DNA of 59,891 nt from an uncultured Gammaproteobacteria bacterium (GTDB taxonomy: Bacteria > Patescibacteriota > Microgenomatia > UBA8517): assembly GCA_964494885.1 (NCBI GenBank), contig CAZBTH010000005.1, positions 29,277 to 89,167 of the forward strand. Reading direction: 5' to 3'. This document shows positions 1 through 9,376 of the stretch, piece by piece. The stretch's first letter is position 1; each line of letters opens with the position of its first letter. Position numbers and translations under genes: made by a program. The notes under the pieces are model-generated. The model was given only the letters and a program-made list of their open reading frames with translations. It did not search any database and was not told the DNA's origin.

Positions 1-1092
1 AATTGATGTATGAGCCGGTACAGATATCAAAAACATTGCCTGAGCGAAAAGTAAAATAATAAAGGGGTTGATTGCCTGTAAATAATTAGTGCCATATAAG
101 AAGGGTATTATAAATCTTGCCAAGGGTATACCTATTGCTATCCCCAAAACTGCCAAAAAAAATGTAAAAACCTGAACTTTTTTTAAATATTCTTTTGCTT
201 TTAAGTCGGAGTCAAATCCTGCAAGCTTCGGTGCCACAACAGTACCAATTGCAAAAACAATCTGAGGGACAATACCGGATAGTTGCAGCGCCGCTGAATA
301 TATACCTATGTCATAAAGTGACAACAGTCTTGTTGACAATAGAGTGTCAATTTTCCCCCCAAAGGCCGCAACTAGTGTAAACGTTGCAACCCATATGTTG
401 TATCGAAAAAATTCTCCTGCGACGTCCTTCTCGCCTTTTACATCAAAAAATCTTGGCAAAAACATGAGGCCTACCAAAAAACCAAAAAAGGGAACCAAAA
501 TATATGTCCCCAGGGAAGTGTTTGTATCGAGAAAACCAAAATACACCAAAATCAGGGTTATCAACAAACGGAGAAGGTTCGTTCCTATGTTTACTCCATT
601 CCAAATCCAATATTTCTGCAATGACTGAAGCGCGTAAGTTGAAAATGAAAATACCAAATAGCTCCCCACACCAAGTAAGGCCAAGCGCATAGGGAAAACC
701 AACTCAGGCTTAAAAAAGAATCCTGTTACAATACTCGGCACTAAAAACCATCCAAAAGATAAGACGGCCAGCCACATAACCACCCTTGTTTCAAGCGAAA
801 GTTTGAGAAACTTTAAAGCCTTATTTTTATCGATATTTATATACTTACTTACAAATCTGACAGTACCAGTATCACTCCCAACGTTGGCAACATCTGCGAT
901 AAGTGTTAAAACAGCGACCGAAACCGAAAATATTCCAAAGGCGGAGGGACCTAGGCGCCTTGCCAGAATAAAATAAAACGCGAGGCCCAAAAGTCCATTA
1001 ACTATGGTTCCAAAGGAGGTAATAATTGTCTGGGAAAAAGTTTTTGTGGATAGAATTTCCTTAACTCTGTTTAAATTTACGGTAAATCGCAT
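1..1092 (-). CDS. Wzx-like oligosaccharide/polysaccharide flippase (MOP superfamily); the C-terminal end runs off the left window edge
   Basis: Not in the supplied ORF track because it is open to the window edge. My reverse-complement translation from ATG (1092..1090) reads MRFTVNLNRVKEILSTKTFSQTIITSFGTIVNGLLGLAFYFILARRLGPSAFGIFSVSVAVLTLIADVANVG... It stays open for 364 codons to base 1 and is multi-TM throughout. The motif ARRLGPSAFG resembles GRILGPVDYG in the second flippase (37934..39208). The start overlaps the upstream gene by 32 nt. Confidence 0.8.
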   Translation of the reverse strand, partial: MRFTVNLNRVKEILSTKTFSQTIITSFGTIVNGLLGLAFYFILARRLGPSAFGIFSVSVAVLTLIADVANVGSDTGTVRFVSKYINIDKNKALKFLKLSLETRVVMWLAVLSFGWFLVPSIVTGFFFKPELVFPMRLALLGVGSYLVFSFSTYALQSLQKYWIWNGVNIGTNLLRLLITLILVYFGFLDTNTSLGTYILVPFFGFLVGLMFLPRFFDVKGEKDVAGEFFRYNIWVATFTLVAAFGGKIDTLLSTRLLSLYDIGIYSAALQLSGIVPQIVFAIGTVVAPKLAGFDSDLKAKEYLKKVQVFTFFLAVLGIAIGIPLARFIIPFLYGTNYLQAINPFIILLFAQAMFLISVPAHTSI

Positions 1093-3592
1093 ATGCCAAG
1101 TATGACACAAGAAGCGTCAAAATTGAACCCAAACTGACTTTATTGCCCAATTTTAAATATTTCTCGCCAGCAAATTTAACCGTGATCCGGTCGCTGTCTC
1201 CCAGATAATATCCGTTTATCATAGAAAAAACTGGTAAATGCAGATTGGGAGTATCGGACTCCCATCCGCGGTCAAAATTCTGAGTATAAATCAACCAGCG
1301 GTCCCCGCCGCTGGTCATATATTCTTTTGATAAACCACCTTTTTCTTTAACCGAAACAGTATGCCAATCAAATAGGGACGAATCCAAATTGCCTACGATT
1401 CCAAAATTGGATATATACGCACTCGCCTGCTTAACGGAACTGTTAAATTCTTCCTCGGAAATAACTGCAATAGTATTTAAAACTTCCAAGTTCGTATTGT
1501 TTTCAATCTCATATTCAAACTTGCCGGATTTTAATATTTTTTGTTCGAAGTTCCATGTCAGTTTTTGCTGTTTCAAAGTACCGGATCTTTTGGCAATTAT
1601 ATATTTTCCGTCTTTCGGAATTTCAAAAACATAGTTAATTTTTTCTCCTTTTTTTGTAGAAAACGCCATCCCACATCCAAAATCAAAATCTCTAAACTTA
1701 AAATCTCGAATTAGAAGTTCATATTTATACTTAAGGTATTGATTAGAACTGTAAATCGCCCACTCTGATTTTGAAGTATCTCCTACAAACTTAAAATATC
1801 GTTGCAAAAAACTCATAGCAAGGTCTGTGGAATTACCTCCGTTCAATACTATTTTTAAAGAGTCCGGTCTAACTTTTTCAAAGATGTTGGGATCAAACTT
1901 ACCGCTCTCGGCATATATGGCAGTTGGAACTTTATTGGTAGGAATAATATCAGACCCGACAACAAGTGCCAGTTTCTTAACGGAATAAACTTCGGGTCTG
2001 GGATCTTCAATCTTAAAAATCGGAATCTCTGTTCCCCAATCTTCTTTTGTAAGTCCCGTGGTCTGGGAAACCAATTTGTTTATTTCCCACCAATTAGCGA
2101 TATCTTTCTCAGTTGGATAAATATTGCGAGGATTGCCGGATAATATAATATATTTCACACCAAACACTCTTAACCAATTTACAAAACCGGTGTTGTTCAA
2201 AAAATTGTAAGGGTCTTCACCCTCGTTAATGGAAGCAAACGGTCTATATGACACAAGTTGGTTGGCGCTAAGGGCTGGTTTAGCTGAAGTTTCGAAAGCA
2301 ACCTGTGGTTTTTCGTTAAACCATAACGTTTTGAAACTACCACTCCCCTGATTTAAATGGTTGTATATTGTCAGATAATCCTCGCTTTCCCGTCTCGCCG
2401 ACAAATTAAAGTTCATTTTTCCGATAACCGCTGGGGAAATTAGTAAAATAAGGTATAGATAAACCGCAACAAATACGAACCGCTTTAAGTGAATATTTCT
2501 AAATAAATTAGAGGCCAGCTCAACCGTATTCCCAATTAAAATTCCCCCCAAAAGGACTATGGGGATAATAAACTTGCTTGAATCCCTGAAAATAGAACCG
2601 AATGGAACCCTATTTACAAAGAATTCATACCAACTTCCCAACGGGGGGGCGCTTCCTTTGGAGACAAAGGCAAAAAATAAAAACATCAGGGAAAAAATAT
2701 AATATTTTTTATCCACCTTCCTAAACATTAATCCGCCGAACGCCAAAGCAGGAACAAAGGAAAAGTAAAAAAACGGCTGAACGACTTTACCAAAAATGTT
2801 AGACGGCCAGTGAGGCGCAAATAAAAACAAAGAATTAAGGAGAGACGAAAGTTGGAGTTCTGTAACTGAAGTACTAAGCCCCCCCACTCCACCTTTTATT
2901 ATCGGCAAGAGCCAGGAAGCATTCACGGGAATTAAAAGCATTCCGGCCAATATCAACCAGAACAAATTTACAATCCGGCCTTCTAAAATCTGCCATAAGA
3001 ATATTACCAGAAAAGATAAAATCGCTATGCGGGGGTCAAGATAACAGAGGGCGGCAGTCGCAAAAAGAGCACGGGCAAATTTATGGATAGAACAACTATC
3101 AAGAAACCTTTTCCAAAAAAGAACCGTGAATGGAAAAACACCATAACTAAGAGCTATTCCCACCTGTCCGCCATCTATCAATAAAATAAAATAAGTATTC
3201 AAAAGATAAAAGAGTGAAGAAAAGAATTGCACAGTTTTTGACAACTTTAGATATTTGGTCAAAAAATAAGGACCAAACCCGGCAAGTATTACAGACGGAA
3301 AATAAAAAAGAATTCTGACAATTGCGTCGTTTCCCAATCCAAGATATTTATTAAGGGCTCCATAAATCACCATCATTGGAGAAAGCCAAAGAGCGAGATT
3401 TCTTCCGCCAAAATCCGTACCATTTTGAGACCAAATGGAAAGCCCCGAAACAAGTTCCTCCAATCCTTCGGGGTAAAAATACGGAGCATCTCCCCAAGCC
3501 AAATGTAAATTTTTAAAGAAGGATATATAAACAAATAAAGAGGGAGTCAAAATCAGAAAAACATATAACAAAATTTTGAAATATCTATTCAT
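1061..3592 (-). CDS. Large polytopic membrane protein with an extracytoplasmic C-terminal domain and a terminal TM anchor (GT-C / YfhO / AftD-type architecture); function unknown
   Basis: ORF 1061..3631. The more likely ATG is at 3592 (MNRYFKILLYVFLIL...). The N-terminal ~400 aa are a run of hydrophobic helices, followed by a ~400-aa non-hydrophobic domain and a last helix LGSILTLLVSYLAYAIY with a basic tail. Confidence 0.85.
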   Translation of the reverse strand: MNRYFKILLYVFLILTPSLFVYISFFKNLHLAWGDAPYFYPEGLEELVSGLSIWSQNGTDFGGRNLALWLSPMMVIYGALNKYLGLGNDAIVRILFYFPSVILAGFGPYFLTKYLKLSKTVQFFSSLFYLLNTYFILLIDGGQVGIALSYGVFPFTVLFWKRFLDSCSIHKFARALFATAALCYLDPRIAILSFLVIFLWQILEGRIVNLFWLILAGMLLIPVNASWLLPIIKGGVGGLSTSVTELQLSSLLNSLFLFAPHWPSNIFGKVVQPFFYFSFVPALAFGGLMFRKVDKKYYIFSLMFLFFAFVSKGSAPPLGSWYEFFVNRVPFGSIFRDSSKFIIPIVLLGGILIGNTVELASNLFRNIHLKRFVFVAVYLYLILLISPAVIGKMNFNLSARRESEDYLTIYNHLNQGSGSFKTLWFNEKPQVAFETSAKPALSANQLVSYRPFASINEGEDPYNFLNNTGFVNWLRVFGVKYIILSGNPRNIYPTEKDIANWWEINKLVSQTTGLTKEDWGTEIPIFKIEDPRPEVYSVKKLALVVGSDIIPTNKVPTAIYAESGKFDPNIFEKVRPDSLKIVLNGGNSTDLAMSFLQRYFKFVGDTSKSEWAIYSSNQYLKYKYELLIRDFKFRDFDFGCGMAFSTKKGEKINYVFEIPKDGKYIIAKRSGTLKQQKLTWNFEQKILKSGKFEYEIENNTNLEVLNTIAVISEEEFNSSVKQASAYISNFGIVGNLDSSLFDWHTVSVKEKGGLSKEYMTSGGDRWLIYTQNFDRGWESDTPNLHLPVFSMINGYYLGDSDRITVKFAGEKYLKLGNKVSLGSILTLLVSYLAYAIYRKFKQS

Positions 3593-3752
3593 AAAAAGAA
3601 TATTTAAAGACAGTTCCAAAACACAGAACAAAGAATAAATAATTCGAGACTTTGATTGCCAATCCGGCGTGACCTAAAAACAAAATGGCTCCTATTCCAA
3701 CAAGACCTAAAAAGCATAATCCCAAAATTCCCATTGCAATAATTTTCATCAT
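3585..3752 (-). CDS. Small hydrophobic protein (about 2 TM), hypothetical
   Basis: ORF 3585..3779. An internal ATG at 3752 gives MMKIIAMGILGLCFLGLVGIGAILFLGHAGLAIKV... It fills the gap between two co-oriented genes and has no recognisable family. Confidence 0.35.
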   Translation of the reverse strand: MMKIIAMGILGLCFLGLVGIGAILFLGHAGLAIKVSNYLFFVLCFGTVFKYSFYE

Positions 3753-3762
3753 CCTAATTATA

Positions 3763-4131
3763 CTAAACCGAAGAAACAAATTTAATTACAATCAAAACCA
3801 TGAAACCGTAAATATAATTACCAATCAGTTCCGACAATGTCAATAAACCCAATAAGTCAAAAAGGCCGGAGATTATAAATAAACCAAAACAAAAATATAA
3901 AATAGTTTTCCATCCAACTCTGAATATCAGAAACAAACTGGCCAAAACCAAAAAGGCGACCAATTCCTTTATAAATATTAGGTTGAAATATGGTAGCCAC
4001 GAAAATGTTGACCATATAAATACTACAAACACAAAGAAAAAGACACGTAGTCTGTTATTATTCACCCATACAAAAAAACGTCCCAGATAAACGTCCATCA
4101 AATTATTCAGATAACGGCTATTAATTTTCAT
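3763..4131 (-). CDS. Small integral membrane protein (about 4 TM), hypothetical
   Basis: ORF 3763..4155. The ATG at 4131 forms an ATGA overlap with the stop of the upstream 1169-aa gene (4128). Hydrophobic segments include VFFFVFVVFIWSTFSWL, LVAFLVLASLFLIF and ILYFCFGLFIISGLF. Confidence 0.6.
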   Translation of the reverse strand: MKINSRYLNNLMDVYLGRFFVWVNNNRLRVFFFVFVVFIWSTFSWLPYFNLIFIKELVAFLVLASLFLIFRVGWKTILYFCFGLFIISGLFDLLGLLTLSELIGNYIYGFMVLIVIKFVSSV

Positions 4132-7100
4132 ATTTTTTTCTTTTTCTCCTTCCAAGATGTCAGATACACCAAGATCAATATTATGGCTACCGACATTGAA
4201 ATCTTCGAACCTTTTTCAAATGATTCTTGCGGCCTATACACTAAAGACAAATTATACGATTTCCCACTTGGTAGTAACCATCCGTTTTCATATCCATTAA
4301 CTACGAAGTGGCGTAAATCTGTCGACCCACCCACATCCGTAAGTTCCCACTGACCATTAAACGATTGATTAAATATTAAAATTGTATCTTTATCCAATTT
4401 ATCTACCGCTATGTTATATCTGGTAGGATCAATCTTTTTATAGTTAACACTCGTTGCTCCATGGTCAACAGTGTTATCTTTAATCGCATAAATTTCCGGG
4501 CTAAAAATCTCAAGAATGTTTATTTTAACGTTTTGGGGAATTGAACCGTCATATCTGCAAAGATATACCAAAGGTTCGTCTGCGCCCACAGAAGGCGCAA
4601 AAAAATATTTGAACGGAGTACCGTCAGGATTTAACGAAACGTCTACCTCAATATCTCCTCTCAAAAATTCATCGGTTGACAGACGGCGTTGACTGTTCTC
4701 TTTGATGTACAACCTCATGTTCGGCAAATAAACATCGGATGACAAAGTCAAAACATAATTCCTATATTTATTAAAATTGTCGATCTTACCAACTAAACAC
4801 CCGCGTGTTCCTGTAGGAAAATCAACCTGTCCTTTATTCGTAATCTGAAAAAGATCGGGTAAATTTGGAAATCTTAAACTAAGTTTGCCTGTTTTCGAAA
4901 GTTCGGCAGGTCCCGCAAATATCCATCGACCATCTTGTAATCCATTAAAACTTAAGTGTTGGTCGGTATTTAACGTCATATCTGACGGAAAGACAACTCC
5001 TCCCTTATGATCGCTTGGCAACGTTGCCTTATCAAGAAGAAAATCGTATTGTCCGCCATTTGGGAGATCCACGTTGTAGACTTTATCTAGATGCCAATCA
5101 CCTCCGTCACCAACCAAACTACTAAATTGCCTCTTTAATAGGAGGCTTTGCCAAAGAATTTTGAACATATAGTCTTTTGTTTCCGATTTTTCATAACTAA
5201 AATTCGAATTATTTACATAATCCCTAAAATATCTCTGAACCGGATTGGCGGTTTCATAAACTTTGGAAACGAAATAAAAATTTGATTTCAAGGCGGTTGA
5301 CTCGGAAAGTATATTATTTATATTTTCCATGTAGATATTAATGTCATCTAATCCTCGGTTTATATACTTTTTATCAATCCTTAAATCGATCATGGACCTA
5401 ACTTCACTTAACTTTGTCATTGTCAGACCCAGGTAAGCGGCCAGTTTTGAATTTTCGTCTGTAGTGTTTAACAAAAGTTTTTCGTTTCTTTTTTCCTTAA
5501 TCACATAAAACGGAGAATTGGGTAAGACCCTGACGGGTGGGTAGTCTGCATATTTCCCCAAATTCTCGACCAAACAAGATTCGCAACTTAATGGGAAAAA
5601 CTCCTGAGAGATAAGATTCTTAAACCCTCCGTCGTTAGAATTTTTTTGGCCCACCCAGTCTCCGTTAATGTATTTTGGAGTTGTAAGCTCTTTTGACAGA
5701 TATGTGTGATCTTCGGGAATTGAAAAAAGGGAACCAGCCAATCTAAATGTGTCATCCGAATCAACTTCAACTATTTTATAGAGCGACCACGAACCAATAG
5801 TTTTGGCAAGCCTCAGGTCTCCGTTATCGGCAAAGCTTTTTGTGGCTCTCAAGTATTCTTCTTTTGTGTTATTATCCTGGGCCAAATAGTCCTCTCTTAA
5901 AAAAATATAATTTATTCCAAGTTTCCTTGAAAAATCAAAAAAAACTGGACTTCTTTGCAAGAAAAGTGTGTAAAGTCTGTTTATCTTGTCCGATTCAACC
6001 GGATTGTTTGCAACATCGTTGGCTACAAATGAACCGTTAATAAACATTACGGATGGAAGAGGAGAAAGACTCCAATATCCCCAAGTATAGTTATCGTTCC
6101 CAAACCCCCCATCAAATGCAGGTACAATCAATGCCTTTCCATTAAAATTCGTAAATTTTAACCATTGGTTAAACTCGACTACATACCCCGGAACTCTAAC
6201 CAATGTACTTTTATCCGGTTGCCATCTAAATAAATAGTTGCCATTTAACATAATAAAGTTATACGACATCCAGCCTCCGATAATAACCAAAACAAAAACA
6301 GGGACTATTGCCAATGACACCATTTTCAATCGATGGGGAAGCCAACCCACCATCTTTGAATATAGAAATTCCCCCAGCTTCGATAATGAGTATGAAAGAA
6401 ACACTGAAAAAGCGATTATAAAAGAGCCGGCAAATTTAAAATATGGAGATCTGAATATTGAAAACCCCGGAACTCTTTCATACAAAAAGGTATAAATAAA
6501 ACCCAATGGCGAGTTGGTTCCTGAAGTGAAAAACATCGATACAAGAAACAGAATTGCAAAAAAGGAAATTAAATATTTCTCAATTTTTTCTTTCGCAAAC
6601 AACATTCCGGAAAATGATAGTATTGGAAGAACGAAACTAATTAAAACCAATATTCTATTTGTTAAATAAATAGTTGCGTACGAGATTTCGGGATTAGGAA
6701 GCCCCCCGGTTAAATACCAATCAGGAACCCCCTGAAATCTAAACAGGTTAATAAAAAATGTACCTCTGCTTATATAAATCAGCCATTCTTTTCCGGCAGA
6801 AATAGTCCCAGATCCAACAACCTTGGCATAATCTGAACTAATCAATGTGGAAATAAAAGGCAATATTGAATATAAGTTAAGTAACACAAAAAAGATGATA
6901 TTTAAAACACTGAAGATTAAAGCTCTCTTTAAATATGAAAAATCTTTCTCTTTGCGCGCAACCACGAAGGCAAATAAAAGGTAAACCACGCTAGTTACAA
7001 ACAAACCCCCATAAAGAGGCAGCCCTAACCAGCTACCTCCATTGAAAACAGAAAAAACGAAGGAAAATATAATCGAACTCTTTAGGACTGATTTCGCTTT

Positions 7101-7613
7101 GTCGAACAATATTGCCAAGGCAAACGTCAAAAAAAGAAGAATCACACAAACAAGTTCGTATTTTGCGCGTTCTAAAATAAAAATCGACTGAGAAATAAAG
7201 AAATTAAAAGTCAAAAATAGAGGAAAAACATATGGAACGAGCCTTCCCAATTTTTGCTTAAGCGAGTATGAAAAAATGGAAGAAAAAATAAAAAGCATGC
7301 TTAGCCAAAAGAACACCGCAATTTGATTTCCGGCAAAAGAATTTTCCCCAAACAAAGACAACGTGTAATCAATTGCGTGAAGCATTATGCTGCCAAAATG
7401 AGGTGAGTTATCAGTCCCAAAATTAATACGGTCATCCCAAGCAAAAAATCTGGTTTTTAAAAAACTTCCTGTATCTAATGCAAGGCCGGAATCGTGTCCT
7501 GCAACTATATAACCAGTAGGCATCCAGGCCTTAGTAAGAAACCATATTCCTGTTAAAGCCACAGCTACATAAAAAACGTAGATAACCCAATCTCTATTTA
7601 AAAATTTTTTCAT
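4128..7613 (-). CDS. Very large membrane protein, AftD-like (DUF3367-type putative arabinofuranosyl/glycosyl-transferase architecture)
   Basis: ORF 4128..7637, with a likely ATG at 7613 (MKKFLNRDWVIYVF...). The N-terminal ~470 aa are polytopic. The first loop, GHDSGLALDTGSFLKTRFFAWDDRINFGTDNSPHFGSIMLH, resembles from memory the DTKLDL...FL...W....FG..QNQ.YGY signature of mycobacterial AftD/DUF3367. A ~650-aa soluble domain follows, then a terminal TM ISMSVAIILILVYLTSW. Confidence 0.8.
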   Translation of the reverse strand: MKKFLNRDWVIYVFYVAVALTGIWFLTKAWMPTGYIVAGHDSGLALDTGSFLKTRFFAWDDRINFGTDNSPHFGSIMLHAIDYTLSLFGENSFAGNQIAVFFWLSMLFIFSSIFSYSLKQKLGRLVPYVFPLFLTFNFFISQSIFILERAKYELVCVILLFLTFALAILFDKAKSVLKSSIIFSFVFSVFNGGSWLGLPLYGGLFVTSVVYLLFAFVVARKEKDFSYLKRALIFSVLNIIFFVLLNLYSILPFISTLISSDYAKVVGSGTISAGKEWLIYISRGTFFINLFRFQGVPDWYLTGGLPNPEISYATIYLTNRILVLISFVLPILSFSGMLFAKEKIEKYLISFFAILFLVSMFFTSGTNSPLGFIYTFLYERVPGFSIFRSPYFKFAGSFIIAFSVFLSYSLSKLGEFLYSKMVGWLPHRLKMVSLAIVPVFVLVIIGGWMSYNFIMLNGNYLFRWQPDKSTLVRVPGYVVEFNQWLKFTNFNGKALIVPAFDGGFGNDNYTWGYWSLSPLPSVMFINGSFVANDVANNPVESDKINRLYTLFLQRSPVFFDFSRKLGINYIFLREDYLAQDNNTKEEYLRATKSFADNGDLRLAKTIGSWSLYKIVEVDSDDTFRLAGSLFSIPEDHTYLSKELTTPKYINGDWVGQKNSNDGGFKNLISQEFFPLSCESCLVENLGKYADYPPVRVLPNSPFYVIKEKRNEKLLLNTTDENSKLAAYLGLTMTKLSEVRSMIDLRIDKKYINRGLDDINIYMENINNILSESTALKSNFYFVSKVYETANPVQRYFRDYVNNSNFSYEKSETKDYMFKILWQSLLLKRQFSSLVGDGGDWHLDKVYNVDLPNGGQYDFLLDKATLPSDHKGGVVFPSDMTLNTDQHLSFNGLQDGRWIFAGPAELSKTGKLSLRFPNLPDLFQITNKGQVDFPTGTRGCLVGKIDNFNKYRNYVLTLSSDVYLPNMRLYIKENSQRRLSTDEFLRGDIEVDVSLNPDGTPFKYFFAPSVGADEPLVYLCRYDGSIPQNVKINILEIFSPEIYAIKDNTVDHGATSVNYKKIDPTRYNIAVDKLDKDTILIFNQSFNGQWELTDVGGSTDLRHFVVNGYENGWLLPSGKSYNLSLVYRPQESFEKGSKISMSVAIILILVYLTSWKEKKKKI

Positions 7614-7620
7614 ACATAGG

Positions 7621-8286
7621 TTATTTTTCAAAAACAAGGAAGCAGGTACTGTTTATGTATGGGAGGTCTGTTTTAATCGGAAGTCCAAAACTAAAATACT
7701 TGCTTATTCTGTACAGAAAAGGAATAAAAGTCGCGTAAACCACCTTTGTTTTGGAAAAACCCACCGATTTACCGGTTTTTACCCACCAAGACGCCGGATG
7801 AACATTGATATGAGTTGGGTCGGATAGCGATCTTTTTGTAGGGAACGGAGTTGAAAATATAAATATGCCACCTTTTTTGAGCATTTGTTTAATGTTTTTT
7901 AGGGATTTTCCGGGGTTTTCAAGATGCTCAAGTACCTCGAAGGCCACTATAAAATCGTACTTTTTGTCCGTCTTATCCTTTTCCACGTCAAATTTGAAAA
8001 ACTTGATATCTTTTTGGATTTTACCCGCTTTGCCGACTATGAACGAAGAAACATCGCTCCCGGAAACATCAAAACCCCTATTTTTAAAAATTCTTGCAAA
8101 GTACCCCAATGAAGATCCAAGCTCGTGGAGCTTTCTCCCGTCTCCTTTCTTAATATCTACATATCTATCTAAAAAACGAGCCCATCCGTCAGCCCAGTTA
8201 ACGTATATGTCAAATTCAGATTTTGTATATTTATCAAAAAATCTCCTATAATACTTCTTGTCGAAATTTGAATTCCCGTGTACCAT
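7621..8286 (-). CDS. Class I SAM-dependent methyltransferase
   Basis: Motif I-like LHELGSSLGYFARIFKNRGFDVSGSDVS. Post-I/II FDFIVAFEVLEHLENP. LKKGGIFIFSTP. Confidence 0.85.
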   Translation of the reverse strand: MVHGNSNFDKKYYRRFFDKYTKSEFDIYVNWADGWARFLDRYVDIKKGDGRKLHELGSSLGYFARIFKNRGFDVSGSDVSSFIVGKAGKIQKDIKFFKFDVEKDKTDKKYDFIVAFEVLEHLENPGKSLKNIKQMLKKGGIFIFSTPFPTKRSLSDPTHINVHPASWWVKTGKSVGFSKTKVVYATFIPFLYRISKYFSFGLPIKTDLPYINSTCFLVFEK

Positions 8287-8293
8287 TTTTGAA

Positions 8294-8322
8294 TTGACTC
8301 ATAAGACCTATGGGTGCATAAT
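8294..8322 (+). promoter_or_regulatory. Sigma-70-like promoter: TTGACT-17-CATAAT, 6 nt upstream of GTG 8329
   Basis: TTGACT at 8294..8299, a 17-nt spacer, CATAAT at 8317..8322, then atcacc and GTG. Confidence 0.45.
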
Positions 8323-9369
8323 ATCACCGTGGCCAGACCTATTCAACCTCAAAAAATATTAATAACAGGATCCGCGGGATTTATTGGTGGGTACCTTGTC
8401 CAGGAATTTCTCGACCAGGGACATACAGTAATTGGCATCGACAATTATTCCAAATACGGAAAAGTTAAAAAAAGCTACGACAATCACCCAAACTACAAAC
8501 TCTATGTCCACGATGTAAAAGATACAAAATTCTTAACCAAAATCGCAAAGGATTGCGACTATATTGTTGCTCTTGCAGCCATGATTGGGGGGATTACCTA
8601 TTTCCACAAATTCGCCTATGATTTATTGGCCGAGAATGAGCGAATTATGGCCTCAACATTTGATGCCGCAATAGAAGCGCACAAAGATGGAAAACTTAAA
8701 AAAATAGTCGTTTTAAGCAGTAGTATGGTTTTTGAGTCCACTAATGTTTATCCCACCCCCGAAAATATTATTGAAAAAACTCCTCCACCTAAATCCACTT
8801 ATGGTTTTCAAAAACTCGCAACCGAATATTTTTGCAAGGGGGCCTGGGAACAATACCAACTCCCATATACAATTCTTAGACCATTTAACTGTGTTGGAAT
8901 CGGCGAAAAGCGCGCAAAAAATGAGGTGGAAATTAAAAGTGGAAACGTCAAACTTGCAATGAGCCACGTTGTACCCGATCTTGTGCAAAAAGTGTTGGCG
9001 AGGCAGGACCCTTTGCATATATTGGGCAAGGGAAATCAAGTCCGTTGTTATACATTTGGAGCAGATCTTGCAAAGGGAATCGTCACAGCCACTTTCTCAC
9101 CTAAGGCCAAGAACGAAGATTTCAACCTTTCAACCAACGAAGCAACCTCGGTTTTGCAGCTTGCAAAAGTAATTTGGAAAAAAGTCAACGGAAACAAACC
9201 CTTTCATTATGTTTCGGATGAAGCATTTATATATGACGTGCAAAAAAGAGTCCCGGATACCAGTAAAGCCAAAAAAGTGTTGGGTTATGAAGCAAAAACA
9301 ACCTTGAGTCAAATGTTAGATGAAGTAATCCCCTGGATAAAAGAGCAGATTAAATTAGGTGGTATTTAA
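8314..9369 (+). CDS. NAD-dependent nucleotide-sugar epimerase/dehydratase (extended SDR)
   Basis: Rossmann motif ILITGSAGFIGGYLV and catalytic YGFQK (YxxxK). The track start is GTG 8314. An alternative GTG at 8329 sits 6 nt after a promoter-like CATAAT. Confidence 0.9.
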   Translation: MHNITVARPIQPQKILITGSAGFIGGYLVQEFLDQGHTVIGIDNYSKYGKVKKSYDNHPNYKLYVHDVKDTKFLTKIAKDCDYIVALAAMIGGITYFHKFAYDLLAENERIMASTFDAAIEAHKDGKLKKIVVLSSSMVFESTNVYPTPENIIEKTPPPKSTYGFQKLATEYFCKGAWEQYQLPYTILRPFNCVGIGEKRAKNEVEIKSGNVKLAMSHVVPDLVQKVLARQDPLHILGKGNQVRCYTFGADLAKGIVTATFSPKAKNEDFNLSTNEATSVLQLAKVIWKKVNGNKPFHYVSDEAFIYDVQKRVPDTSKAKKVLGYEAKTTLSQMLDEVIPWIKEQIKLGGI

Positions 9370-9376
9370 AAACCGT

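Noticed and set aside
195-692. Three short plus-strand ORFs (195..380, 344..628, 504..692) at the left edge.
   Set aside because: They lie antisense to a long, coherent multi-TM reading frame (the partial flippase, 1..1092, minus strand). Their translations are low-complexity and not protein-like.
7865-9312. Several 60-130-aa ORFs nested in or antisense to the methyltransferase and epimerase genes (for example 7865..8251, 7924..8112, 8713..9039, 8808..9029).
   Set aside because: Each lies entirely within a longer ORF that carries clear family motifs. They have no motifs of their own. Antisense open frames of this kind are common inside long coding regions.
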